Assembly (NCBI GenBank): GCA_030704615.1
Contig: CM060733.1
Location: 57,908,001 to 57,972,000, forward strand
From: Takakia lepidozioides
Taxonomy: Eukaryota; Plantae; Bryophyta
Length of the DNA stretch: 64,000 nt
Direction: 5' to 3'
This document shows, one piece after another, positions 39,496 through 52,710 of the stretch. A model generated the notes under the pieces. The model did no database searches, was not told where the DNA came from, and worked only from the letters and a program-made list of their open reading frames with translations. How positions within the stretch are numbered: position 1 is the stretch's first letter; the number at the start of each line of letters is the position of its first letter. Both the position numbers and the translations under genes were made by a program.

Positions 39496-41440
39496 CGGTC
39501 GTCCATCGATGACTTCAACGGGGGCCGATAGTTTCTTCTTTAGGAGCATTAAATTGTGTTGTTTCGCAAAGTTTTTGTCCATAAAACAAGCTGAAGCTCC
39601 TGAGTCCAAAAGTGATTCTACAGAAATATCTCGATTTTGCACTCTGATTTTTACCGGAATTATGAAGCAAGGTGCAGGGTCTGGAGCTAGAAAGAGACAT
39701 GTTTTCGGTAAGGAATTTGTGGTGTCCAGCCGCATGGTCCCTAATATGACTGGACATCTTCGTTTTCCGACCTCCTCGTATCGAACACTTGAGTTGTGCT
39801 CTGAGCTTTGAATCTTCTCTTGTTGGGGCAGTTTAATGCTTTGTGATCTTCTTCTCCGCAATAGATGCATAATCCATTCGAGCGCCGTCTTTGTTTTTCT
39901 TGTGGCGTCAATGGCTTGAATCGGACAACATCAATCTGCATATGATCACTACTGGATGTCTGATGGATTGTTGTGTTTGGTGCCGTAGTAGCAGTGATAT
40001 GATGCGTCGTCGACCATCCAGATTGCTTCTCTTGACGTCTTTCGAACAAACGATTATCGCATGCAATGACTTGGGTGATGAATTCACTCAGTGTGCTCAC
40101 GTTTGACATTGTCAGCAACAAATCTTTTACATCATCTTTTAGTCCATCGAAACTGACTAATGAGGCTCTTCTCATTCCAGTCGAGGCGTACGCAAGTTGT
40201 CGAAATTCGGCAGCATAAACGGAAGCAGGACGTGCTCCTTGTCGAAGATTTTGCATCTTTGGCAACTCTCTCTCTATCATTCTCTCCAAACGTTGCAGTG
40301 AACTCGGACATGAATGCTTCAAAATTACATAGTAAAATGTGATTTTTTTTTTCTAATAGCGGTGTAAACCAAGATAGGGCAGTGCCTAATAGAAGGGTGC
40401 CCACGAATCCTACTTGAATACCTTCATCGGGATAACGTTGTGGATGTAATCGTAAGAATAATCGTACTTGTTGAACAAAACCGCGAAATCTTGATCTCGT
40501 CCCATCAAATTTCTCGGGCATGCTGATCTTTGGTTATCTCGTAATCTGTTGACGAGGAACTGTCGCAGTATGAGCTGTTGTAGTAAGGACTCGTATGATT
40601 GAAGATCCATTATTCGACTTTTTTAACTCTGAAATTTGTTGTTGCAAATTGTGGAGAGCGTTGTGAAGATCTTGAGACTGATCAGCTTGCAATTGGGCGG
40701 TAGAGGTACGAAGTTCTTGCATCTGGAGCTGAAGACTCTGCAATGTGGCGAACATTTCCGCAAATGTGCCTTCCATCCTAACTAACTAACGAACAAACTT
40801 TAGTCTCGCCAAACTGTCAAGGATGAGAACATGACTGAACACATATAAGATATCAGACTAGAGGTACAAGACTAGACAAGAAGTCAAGGTCGGCGTGGCC
40901 GAATGCATGATGGGTAAACATGAATCAAAATGATATTTATAACAATGGACAAGAGTACAAGATACTGGAACTCGACTCGAATACTGGAATGCTGGAAATT
41001 CGACTGGGGTACCAGATACTGGAAACTGGGCTAGAGTACTGGAAGCTAGACTGGAGTACTGGGACAGGGAACAAGAGTAGCTTGAACTTGTGTTGGCGAG
41101 ACTGAAGAGTGTCTAGTCTCGCCTCCTATATATACTGGCTACTAAGAAGCTTCCCTAAGAAGCTTCCCCTATAGAGGTTGTTTGCTGGAGAAGTTTCCAA
41201 GATTAAACAAAGATTTCTTGATGGAGAAGCATCCTTAAACAAAAGAGGTATCTTGATGGAGAAGTTTTCTCCAAATGAAGCTTCCTGAGCAGTTTCCCAA
41301 GTTACTCTTTGATAATTTGGTAAACTCCCGATAACTTGGTAAGTAATGGTAAATCATGGTAGATCATGGTAAATCACGGTAAGTCATGGTAACTTCTGGT
41401 ATTTACTCCTGGTAAGTTCCTCTGGGCTATGTCCGTGACA
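39490..41440 (-). mobile_element. Tcn1/chromovirus-like Ty3/Gypsy, 5' LTR + gag + protease, truncated
   Basis: gag: PEKFDGTRSRFRGF..LLLGTALSWF..LRQG..YAAEF..MQID..CIYCGEEDHKALNC. Protease: LLDSGASACFMD. Frameshifted. Confidence 0.9.
40815..41440 (-). repeat. 626-bp LTR of the Tcn1-like element
   Basis: TGTCACGGA...TCCTTGACA termini on the minus strand; TATATATA at 41127-41134; PBS-position sequence at 40802-40812. Confidence 0.85.
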
Positions 41441-42615
41441 CATACTTTCAATCCAAGACAACAACATCCGATCTTTCCCTCGCAGTCCACATACCCCTAT
41501 CAGCATCTGCTGCTGGACATCCCCAACCAAAGACACCAACCCGCAACCCCCCCCAACCAACCTCCTCTAGCATGGCTAGCCTCCCAAAGGTTTGTATGGA
41601 TCCTTGGCAGGCCTCTTCCAGAGCTAGACTTCGATCCGCATGAATGGTCTTGGAAACTAACCCGTAACACTACCTCATTCTTTACATACACAACTAAAAA
41701 AAGGTATACAGCCCTATCACAAGCCCCTCCCATTCTGGCGAAATGGAACGAAAAGTGGAGTCACTTCGACTTTCACAATGAAAACTGAGAATCGATTTGG
41801 AGGATCATCTGGACCAAAGCCAGACCGGCCAAGATGGCGACATTCTTGTGGCAAATAGCAAACAGAGTTTTGAAGGTTGGTGAATGGCTGGGGTTTAACG
41901 ATGCCCTTCTCTGTAAATGTTGTTCAGCAGCTATCATGGAATCGCAAGAACAATGTCTTCTTTACTGCCATGCCCCAGCATCGATATGGCCGCACATCCG
42001 CTCCCTCGATGGCCGCTGGAACGGCATACCCCTAACCTCGCTTGGATTATGCTAAACTATGACAAATCCTCAAAAAGCAGAGCCAATGATTGTCCAGTCT
42101 TCGACACTCTTAGATGTACCACCCTCTAGCACTTGTGGAAAACGAGATGTAAACGAACCTTCTCTGGAACCATCTGCTCAGTATCAGCATTTCTTTCAGC
42201 AATATACTATGACTTACAAATTGAATCCAGGAGAGCCTGGATCAAACTAGCAGCTGACATGAAAAAGAAACCACGGATTGCAGGCCAACTGCACTCTGCC
42301 TTCATCTCTACCTGGGCACATCAAGGCATTATCTGCAGAAGCGTCTCCAGCGATCACTGCGAATGGAACAAGCTGCCACCGCCCCGCTGGAGCAACATCA
42401 ATACCACCATCCACCGCATCGCCAGAGTTTGACAAGGACATAAACTGGAAGCACGTCAAGGGGGGCGCCAAACAATCGAGGCTCCACTTTCGCTGATGTT
42501 TGGTAGCTCTGAAGTATGGCCGAGCTGTAATCATTCAATTGCCTCCAGGATACACCCACGTTCTGTGATGCAGCTACTCAATAATAAATCCCCAGGCGTT
42601 TTGCCCTGGGGATGC
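41441..42615 (+). mobile_element. L1-type LINE 3' end (zf-RVT region)
   Basis: WSWKL..IW..IW..PAKMATFLWQIANRVLKVGEWL..CKCC..ES..CLLYC..IW..WKTRC. Ends near aataataaa plus a short hairpin (cccagg..cctggg). Confidence 0.75.
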
Positions 42616-43999
42616 TTTGATAATTACAAAGCAATTACTAGCAAGGTTTTATTTACTCAATCAGAGTAGTATGGTTCGCTTATACTCGACCAAGAGTAGG
42701 AAAGTTCGTATTTCACTGACATCGGTGTGTGTGCCTTATGGTGTTCCCGAGGGTTTAATGTTTTCCCTCTAAATAATTCCAAATAAAGTGAAAAACAGGG
42801 CCACTGCCCCTGTTCTAAGAAAATCAAATAAAAAAAAATTCAAGCCCAAAAGGTCGAGTGTACTCCAATTTTTCAGTGAAAATACTGTTTGACCCAGCAT
42901 TTGGCCTACCAACCAATTTTTCATTGGTATAGGCCACTCAGGTTCTAATCATGTGGCACCTAAAGCATGTTGGCCCTAATTCTCCGTGCCCAATTTTATC
43001 TGATGATTCTACATTGTGGATAGATTTGGACGCAACCCCGCATTTCGGGTTGCGTCCTCAAATACGGGGTTGCATCATCCATTAGGTTAATCATTGGACA
43101 ACTTTGCCAAGAGAGATCATGGAAGGGGCAGTAAGAGGCCTACATTGAGATCCCTACATAGCTTCTTCAGAGTTTTGGGCTTCATCTCAAACTGATTCTC
43201 CGTGTTTTGATGTCTCTTTGAGATATCCATAGGAGGAATCTTAAGATAGATTGAGGTAGATCAACCATCATCTATTTTACAGATTCGGGATTTGTTATGA
43301 CAAAACTCCTCCAGGACTCTTATGAAGTTGTTGATTGGTGATAGAAAGATGAATTGACATCTATGAATAGCTCAAATGGCCTAAGGACTGTGTACATACT
43401 TATATGTTGAGCTCTTATGAAAGTGGATCATTACAAGTGGGCCCATCCTGTGCAGTCTGAAAATCCGAATCACCAACTTAAAGGTACACCCATGCAAACA
43501 GCTTGTATCGAGCTCCATCAGGTACCCCACTCCTCTCTCTCTCTCTCAGATTATAGACCCATCCAACTAGGGCAATTGCATCCTAGTTATCACTCCAAGT
43601 CCACTCTATCTCGGAATGATTTACCTCTAAAATTTCATACGCAATCTCCTCTACCTCTCAAATCACAAACTACTTCCTGCCAACACACTCCCCCCCTCTC
43701 ACACAGCTCCCTCTTCTCCCTAACAGTGGTATCATACTATCAATATGGGTTTCATTCAGTGCCCCAGAGCCTAGGTTCTGATGCTCACTCGCAGGTCAAT
43801 TGCAGGCAGGGGCACAAGATCCAGTCACAAACCCAAGAGATCCCACCTTCGCCACTACACCCATAGAGCAAGTCATGACGCACCTCCACAGAAGGTTGCC
43901 TCTATACCTCTCCCTCTGTTGATCAGATAACTTAATCTTCTCTCCCTCTCTCCCACAGTTGGTACAGAGTCTACAGTAAAGTGTGGCCTTCGACACCCG

Positions 44000-46900
44000 T
44001 GCTGCAGCCTACCCACTACCCCCCCAACCAATCAGATATCAGGTGTGGACCCTATGCCCTACCTCTCCCAATCGCTATACCCTGTTGTAAATGGTTACAC
44101 AATTGGGCATCTTGGTCCTCCTGAGTCATTATTCCTTGCGTTCTGCTGCAGTAGCCCACCAGAATATTCATCTGACTCATCACTATATGGTTGCCCTGCA
44201 GTGACATCTCACAGATGACTTTCCCTCCACATGTCAAGACCACAACAGGATACGAAGGATACCCACCACAGAGGCAACACAATCATATAGTACTGTAAAC
44301 ACAACTTTCCCTTGGCCCAGCCAGGGCCAAGCGGTGACAGACCTTACAAATCACACTATCGTAAAGGCCACCCCCGGTGGCACTCAAAGTATACTCATAA
44401 CAAACAAAGAAGTACTCCCCCACCCCGTGGGCTATGTAATTTGTGTTCTTTACTCTGGCAACACACCAAGGTCATCCTATATCACCCCCACAATTCTCTA
44501 GGGTGTTGGATGGCACACCCATCTATAGTTGCTTGCTCACAGTTCAACTATCTATTATCATACAAGTATGTCATTATTTACACACTATCTCGCACCACAC
44601 CCCTAGGTGTGAGCCCCACGCTCTTAATTAATCCTGTAAAAGATATGGGGGTCCCCCCCATCCACCAATATCTAAGTTGGCCACCCTCATCTCTGAAACA
44701 TCATATACAATATACTCAAAACAGTGCCACAACCCGAACCTCCGATAAATCTCTATGCTACTGTTCACGTGGCACACCTCCATTAAACTCACCCTTACTG
44801 CACACAATTGTAACCACTGAGACACCTCTTGAAGTTATAAAATCTGGCACTCTGGATATACACAATCCTGCAACATCCAGACAAATACCCCCAAGCACCC
44901 CCTACTGCACTACACAGTTAACAATCCAATACTCCATACCCACCCATATATACAAGATGTTTACATACATATGTACCCCCCTAAATAACCTCACCTACGT
45001 CAACACAGCAGGTGCTCCTGCACCTAATGGCTTGCCACAAAGCATTAAAATTACAACAAAGACCTCCTCATATATGGTGAGCTCATCAATGACACCTCAA
45101 CCCTCCCTGCAGTATCCACCCCCACTTACTCAGCAACCCATCCAAAGGCCCATCTCACCAGTCACCAAATCACTGGATGTTCTCCATTACACCCCATTAC
45201 ACCACAACAGTTCTACTACACCCCCACCAATCCATATTACCCCCATAACACAGTTAGCTCCATAAACAACATTTGCAAGATTTGACGCACCCCCCCCCCA
45301 AACGGCTTTACCCCTCCCTCCCATACGTAATGGCAAGGCTAGCGGCAGATATATCCTCTGCCCCCGCACGTTTGGTGTCCCCTTATACCAATGCACCTGC
45401 CAGTTCCCTCGTACTTATCCGCCACCAAAATAACCCACGACACCCTCTATCCCATACAAAATCAGGGCATCAGCCGTCTCTGCATCACCACATAACTACC
45501 TCTCTTAAAACTCATCACTCTTCATACCGGCTCTAGAATAAAGGATCTGTCCCCATGACAACTACAAACTATCTGGTGACACAAGGCGCCACCCCTCTAT
45601 ATAGTGACAGCCAAATGCACCAAGGTAGCTTCCCTTGCCACAAGCCCTCGCTCCCTCATCCTCTCTACGACATCACACCATTGTTTCGCACCAAACTACA
45701 CGTCGCAGCTCCCCCGAGCATACTCTATCACTGCATTGAACTCTCTAGCATATCCAGGACTCAATCAAAGCAAATTCAGCTGAGGGTAGATAGCGTTTTC
45801 CATCATCCTCACACCAGCACCCACTATCTCTGTACCAAACAGGCCCCGACCACAATGAATCACCAGGAGGAGGGCTCGAGAACGCGAATCAAATCGTCGA
45901 GGATGAGGACATCAGCGACATGCACGTCTCAGACGAACAATTCTTCGCCGACGAGCAAGTTTTCCAAACCAAGTCCTCTCAAGACATGGCCGAGACCACG
46001 AATGATGGTGTCAGCTCACCCCGGAGCAAAGGTCTTACAAAGTCAGCCCATCCACCCAGCGGAGGGCCCCTCCGTTAGCGGAAACCAACAAGACAAGTGG
46101 AGTTGCGCAAACAAGCCCCAGCATCAAAAGGCTATCCAGCAAAATCAACAGTGACGAGTGCAGCTCGCACTTCGACACAAATAATCCAGGGGTGCCCCCC
46201 CAGATATTCCACCGCCAATTCTCGAACACACCAACCATAGACCTTTACTACAGCTATGGATGGGCTACTCAGTACTCCAGCAACATGCACTGGACACAAA
46301 TTTGCCAATGGTCAACAGAAACGCGCTCCACAGTGGAACTCCAGCAGCTGGGTCTCCAGGCTCAAGAAATTCATGAGCTCAGGTATTGCTTAAAAGCATA
46401 CCCCCATGTACCAAAACTGTACTTCCCTGCCACAAGGAAGGACGGGAAAAATGGGCAGTACTACCCGCTCAACCAGCTCCCCAAAGGAATTGAGGTTGAT
46501 CCGGCATCAGGTCTGTCGGCAACACACCACCACTTTGTCATTCGATTCGATAAAGACACAGATATGCCCCAAGAGCAGGCACTGTACAGAGCAAAAAAAA
46601 AGGTTGGTCGGGCATTCTCAGGGTTAAGCTCCGGCATCCGGCTACAGACGGCATTGCCCTGCTCAAAGGCAACAGAGCATTTGTCATGGAAATGGCGACG
46701 GGAATCCCACTTCAAGGTAAAGTAGAGAAAGCGTTTGACTTACTTACAGCCTCGGATTACCTATTTCTCTACATGGACAGTGAAGTTCTGCTAGGCACCA
46801 TCAGCTACAAGCTCACAATCACTTCATAATGGACATGTATCAGCATGGGGACGAATTTGAGGTTATGAACGTGTACAAGCCAGGACCCGAGAAGAAGTTC

Positions 46901-48804
46901 TGCTTCATCTATCTGGCCTCCATCGACACAAAAAAACGTCTGCTGGAAATGGGTATCCGAATCAATCGCATACTTATCAAGCCACAGTTGCGCATCAACC
47001 GCGGAAGCACGACAGGTCTTGCAGCTACCCCCCAGGAAGTAGTGGCAGAAAGGGACGCGCTCACGTTAGTGGTCAAAAAGCCTTAGCCCCTTGCACACCC
47101 AGGCAAACACGGAAGCGGCATTGAGGGAAGTCTTCGGCAAAGACAACGTCACTCAAATCCACTTCAGCAAAATCGCCCCAATGGAGCCACTCCTGCCAAG
47201 CAAGATCACTAGCTCCAACGGGCATGGCGAATCCAACAACCTGCCCAACACTCAAGCTGGCGGTTACAGGCCATTGGCCCTCCTTGAGCTCAAGCACGAT
47301 GGACCCCGCAAGCTCGGCACTACAGGCCTTCTAGGCGCTCAACCCACCCCCGAGCTTGGACAAGCAGGCCACTTGTAGACCTCTTATCTGTTATGCAAAA
47401 GTTACCTCTCTATGCACCTCTACGGTTCTCCGCTCAGCTCAGCTCTCTCACTACACTACCCCTACAACCTCTACACTTGAATCTCTCTATGGGGTACCCT
47501 ACCCCTTCCCTAACATCAAATATACATGCGCAAACACACCACGCTCATACACAACGAGCTAACAACTCTGCCCGACCACTATGCGTTGCAAAGCAAACTC
47601 CACCCTCTCTTCCGAGCTCGAAGTACCTCTCCGTAAGCCACGACCCTGTTCTGAACTACTCCCAACCTCGGTCGCCACATCGCTGCTCCCATACTTAACC
47701 CTTGACACCTGTCCCACTCTCTTATATGAATACACCTCCCACTACAATTCCAACCCACAACCAACTAATAATAAAACACTCCCTCACATTGGAAGCCAAC
47801 GGTCCCTTCCGCCCGCCCCTCGACACAATGGATTGGATGTATGCAATCCATCCAGCCCACTCACACCTCCTCAGCCTTCATCCATCCCGCCCCCACCTCA
47901 CCCTCCTTAATACCCCCATATGCAACCATGTTCATTCATCCACATCCGTTTATGCAAATCATACTCTCCCCTCACTCAAAACCCACACCCACTATTCACC
48001 AACTACATGATATGTCCGGGCTTAGCGTTATCAAAATCAGAATCAAACCCCCCATACACACCCCCCATACACACCCATGCCACTAGTTCCACTCACGCCC
48101 AAGACAATCCCACCAATACCACCCCCCCCTCCCCATACACCCCCAAAGTAGATACTTCTTGCGCATCCCCGTCTCTAGACCCCTAACACACCACCTCGTA
48201 ACACATTGCCCACATGGCAGATACCATCAGAAACCCCTCGCATCCAAACACTCATCCCACCACCCACCGTCCCACTTTAAAACTCATGCAATTATACACA
48301 AAAAGCTGCTCCTCTTACGATGTGGAGACATCCACCCAAACCCAGGCCCTCCTACCATCACCAATATTATAAACCACCACCCCAGGGACCACCAAGAAAG
48401 ATATGGGCTATACTATGGCAAACCAGATCCTCAGTGACCCTCAAGAAGGATTTTGTGCCACACGTAGTACAACCCGACAAATCTAATATGTTCTTTCTGC
48501 CCTTGAAGACGCTAAACTCACCAAGCAAGATATTGATTTAAAGAATGCCTTCGGCTCCCTAGACCATGCCCGGTTATTAGCCAAAATTGAGCTAGGTTAC
48601 CCCACTGATATTGTCCAACTAATCGGTAACATATACACAAACAGTACCACAAAATATTTTGGCACATACTACAGCTCTATCCCACCCATCCCCATTCTTC
48701 GGGGCACTATTCAAGGTGACACCTTAAGTCCTTACTTATTTATTATCTTCCTAGAACCCCTGCTCAGGTGGCTCGCCCGAGGCAAGCTTGGGTATCATTC
48801 CAAA
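44000..48804 (+). mobile_element. Second Dualen-family LINE copy (leader, ORF1, 2A-like motif, internally deleted RT)
   Basis: ORF1 remnants at 45850-47150; CGDIHPNPGP at 48321-48350; ALEDA..KNAFGSLDHARLL..RGTIQGDTLSPYLF (48470-48790) matching 35040-35370. Confidence 0.75.
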
Positions 48805-49420
48805 TCACCCCCTAGTGTATGGGATGATTAGGGGGCTGGAGCTGATGCCATAGTTATCGGTTGGGAGTTGTGTAAGGGCATTAGGGGTACTATTAGGTAA
48901 TCCACATACACACTTGGTAAGATGAATAATTTTCTTATCAAGTTTTTTGACGTCAGGTATGGAGAAAGGGGCGGCGTGGAATGAGTATTGATTTTGTGTT
49001 TGTAATATTGTTTTAATGATTGATAGTTTGGGACGAATGGCGATCGGAGCTTTAAACAAGGCTAGGCTTTTGGTAGTTAATTTGGATGTCGTAGATTCCT
49101 TCTGGATGTGTCAGGTGAGGGAAGGTACTAATTGGATACCTAGGTAAGTGTATGGTTCATCTAGGCCTAGAAAGGGAAAGGGTGTATTTTGGTAGTGTAC
49201 ATAGAGTTTACAATGAGATGCCATGGCAGTTTTGGTAAGTCAACTTTGGTGTGTGGCGGCTGTAATGGCACATTTGTGAAGACTAAGTTCCGTACCTGAC
49301 CATTGGTTGAATCTGGATAGCTTAGTGACTTGTCGGTTTAGGTATTGTGGTTTATGTGCAAGGATGGCTAGGTCATCTGCATAGGCAGCGGCTGAGATGT
49401 CGTTTTTTGACGTAAATGCG
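48805..49420 (-). mobile_element. Inverted continuation of the same LINE RT
   Basis: AAAYADDLAIL..ELSLHKCAIT..YTYLGIQL..FHAAPFSIPD..CGLPNSTPNAL matches 35410-35990. Confidence 0.85.
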
Positions 49421-49754
49421 TCATTTTTCCTGTACATAGTTTGTTGGTTTTGATCTACAATCTTACATTTCTATGAAATTTCTTAAAAAGGACACAACAT
49501 TGTACCTATCTACATGTAGTATCTACCTTCTCAGACTTGCCCCCAAAAACCGTTATCTCTAGAAGTGATGGACTTTTTGAAAAGTCCATAAGCTTTTGTT
49601 ACAGTCCATACAAAACTTGTTATGGACTCATTATCTGTTAGATTTTGTAACATAATTGGAATAAGGGACTTGGCCCTCCCTTGCGATTATGATAAAGAAT
49701 CTAGTGTGAGAATTTTTTAATATTTTTACTTATTAAATTAAATTTTATGTACTT

Positions 49755-50102
49755 TGTCATGGTTTTGTTTGTGATTAGTTAGAAATAGTTATTTCTAGCT
49801 AATTAGGACATTATACATTTATATTTGTATTTTGTTGGCATTGGAACTTCATTTAGTTCCATGTGTCAAGTGAGGTGGTGAACCTCACTTGGGACGTGAA
49901 GAGGTTATCTTCACGTGAGACGTAGGCAGACTCGTCTTCTACTAGTCGAGCCTCCCGAGGCCTCTCTCGCCGCCATAGCTCTAGTATTTGAGATGGAGAG
50001 TGGGTGAGATCTGTATGGTGGAGTTATTTAGCAAAAGTGCCATTGGCTTGACTTATATAACGTGATAGAGTGGTTTCTCCTCTTTTCACCATTTCCGTAT
50101 CA
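49755..50102 (+). repeat. Terminal repeat A1 (348 bp)
   Basis: About 16 mismatches by eye versus A2 (60115-60462), no indels. TATA-like ttatataa near its 3' end. Confidence 0.95.
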
Positions 50103-50989
50103 CTAGAAGAAGACCTGCTTACATCTATGAGTGCAAGGTGTTAGCATAGTTAGCACTTGTGTGTGGAAGAGAACTTGATAGATAGCTCTTAAGTTACAAG
50201 GTGTTGCAGGGTTTGCAAGAAGAAAGACTTGTGGTGTTTATGTACAAGAGGAGGTCTTCAAGGAGAGCCCCATTGAAAAGTTTGAGAGCTTGTGAAGAAG
50301 CTCTTGTTCTGCAAGTGTTGCAGGGTTTGAGGAGTTCAAGAAGAGCTCGGGTGTTAAGGAAGCAAGCGGTGCATGTGTGGAGCATGATTTCAGCTTGTGG
50401 GAGTCTTCAACTTCAAGCTTAGGAGGGCTATGAGTGGAGGTAGACATCTGATTTCTCTTTGGGGCAGAATAGTGTATTTGTAGAGCATGCTTTGAGTTGG
50501 GGTTTCAATCCCAAACTTGGGGAGAGCATGTCTATGGAAATGACAAGTGCAGGGCTGGATTAGGAGCTCTAAGAGGTGCACTATGGCCATGGAAGGAAAC
50601 ACTATGAGTGCATGCGATGGCTAGAAAAGGGTATGCCATAGAAAGCTCAATAGCTTGTTCTATGCTTGTTTCAATAAGTTCTATAGAGAAAGAGAGCTTG
50701 TTGTGTAGCAAATAGCTTGCTCAGGGAGTTAGAGGCACTCTTGGTGGTCTATTGATGCTCAAGAAACCAAGAACAACACCTCTGGTTGCTCCATAGAAGC
50801 CATAGCTCGTTGCAGCAATCGCAAAGGCAAAGCGGCGCAAACCCTAGCTTGGGAACGCTTGGGAACGCGTGGGAACTCCTTGGGAACTCGTGGGAATGCA
50901 TGGGAACGTGTGGGAATATTGCCCCAGAGTTGGGAGCATCACCATTGTCCAATCGGCACTATTGAGCCAGTGGAATGAAAATCGGTTGC

Positions 50990-51240
50990 AGTGGATGAGA
51001 ATCGGTTGCAGTGGATGAAACTGCACCAGCGGATGAAATCTCGCACTATCGGATGAAAAATTGCGGCGACGGATGAAACGGCGTCAGTGGATGAAATCGT
51101 GGCAGCGGATGAAGTATCGTGCCATTGGATGAAAAATCGCGGTGACGGATGAAATCGCGCCAGCGGATGAAATATCGAACCTGCGGATGAGAAATCGCAG
51201 TTTTGGATGAAATTTGGTTAGCGACGGATGAAAAATCGAC
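50990..51240 (+). repeat. GGATGA motif array (13 copies, 18-21 bp spacing) in the 5' leader
   Basis: GGATGA at 50993, 51013, 51031, 51051, 51071, 51089, 51107, 51127, 51147, 51165, 51185, 51205, 51226. Confidence 0.9.
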
Positions 51241-51254
51241 TAACTGTGGATATT

Positions 51255-51760
51255 TTTGGAGCCTTCTAGGGGCTTGTTTGAGGACTATTTGGGGTCTATT
51301 GAATTCAATATCTTGCAGGCTTGTGGAGCCTGCTTGGGGCTGTTTGAAGGACTATTTGGGGTCCTTTGAGGCCAATGTTTTGCAGGCATGTGGAGCCTTG
51401 TAAGGGCTGGTTGGAGGACGATTGGAGGTCCTTGGAGGCCCATATTGGGCAGACTTATGGAACTTTCTAAGAGCTCTTTGGGGGGACTATTGGAGGTCCT
51501 TGGAGGCCAATACTTTGCAGATTTGAGGAGCTTCTTAAGGGCTGGTTGGGGACTGTTGGAGGTCCTTGGAGGCCAATACTTGGCAGATTTGAGGAGCTTC
51601 TTAAGGGCTGTTGGAGGACTGTTGGAGGTCCTTGGGGGCCAATACTTGGCAGATTTGTGGAGTTTCTTAAGGACTGTTTGGAGGACTCTTGGAGGTCCGT
51701 GGAGGCCATATTGAGCAGGCTTGTGGAGCCATTTGTGAGGGCTGGTTGGAGACCGTGGAA
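51255..51760 (+). repeat. About 66-bp degenerate tandem repeat in the 5' leader
   Basis: tggaggtcc starts at 51491, 51557 and 51623; more diverged units flank these. Confidence 0.85.
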
Positions 51761-52710
51761 GCCACTAATTGGTGGGCGCCTAGGGCCTTTTGGTGGACTG
51801 TTTAGAGTCCAAGTTTGCGAACTTCTTGAACCTCGGTGGGTCTATGTGAGGGGGGCTGATTGAGGGCAGATTTCAGAAGTTCATGGCAATAATTTGAGGG
51901 CTCTTGAGAGTTATTTGAGAGGTTTTTTAAGGATAGTCTTATCTATTGCTTGAGCAAGAGTGAGTGTGAAGATAGGGGGAGTAATGGGATGAGAGCATTC
52001 CGGGCTTAGAGATTGCTTTAGCTTCCCTTCTCTATAGTCTTCCATCATTCTTGTAGGCCAAAGCTTTTCCGGAGGCAGAGCTAGTTTGGATAGAGACTTG
52101 GACATCTTGTGGGTTTATTGAAGCCGCAAGGAGATCGATTGAATTAAGCTGTGGGAGGTGTTGTTGTTTGAGTTTCATGTGTTTGGATCCTCCTCCCACA
52201 TATGCATGCTTGACTGTGCGCCATGCTAGTTTGGTTTGGGCGCTTGCTTTTATAGGTGGTTGTGCCAGAAATATTGTGGCCGGCCAATCCTAGAGCGTGC
52301 TGTCGGTGGTGAGGCTGGGGTGATGACTACCAGACCATCATTGTTTCTCTTATGGTGAGGCTGGGTTGATGACCAGCAGACCATAGGAGTGCCTGCGGTG
52401 GATGCAGGTGTAGGTGCAGGTAGGAACCTAGTATTCCAAACCATAAGCCGCAACAGGTTTTCTACCCGGTTACCTTGTGGAAAGGGGGCTTAGAGGCAGA
52501 TTGATAATCGGTTTGAGTGTGAGTTTTCATCATGGAGGTGCCACTAGTTGCTGAGGAGAGTGCCGGTACGAGCACCAACGATACTAGTGGGTATACAAGA
52601 TGAGGTGTGCGGTTTAGGCCACCTTCACCTTCAGTGTCTTCTGAGGAAGGTTCAAACTCGGAGTTAGCTGGATTCTCGCCGAGGGTGCAAGCCATTTCCG
52701 TGCCATTGTT

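Noticed and set aside
48805-49420. Twin-priming LINE inversion
   Set aside because: The junction joins two 3' ends, whereas twin priming joins 5' ends.
50990-51240. GGATGA array or the 81-bp repeat (24615-24900) as a CRISPR array
   Set aside because: The repeat core is too short or lacks unique spacers, there are no cas genes, and the context is eukaryotic TE.
51388-51863. Repetitive ORFs as LRR-like proteins
   Set aside because: They are translations of the 66-bp tandem repeat in a non-coding leader.
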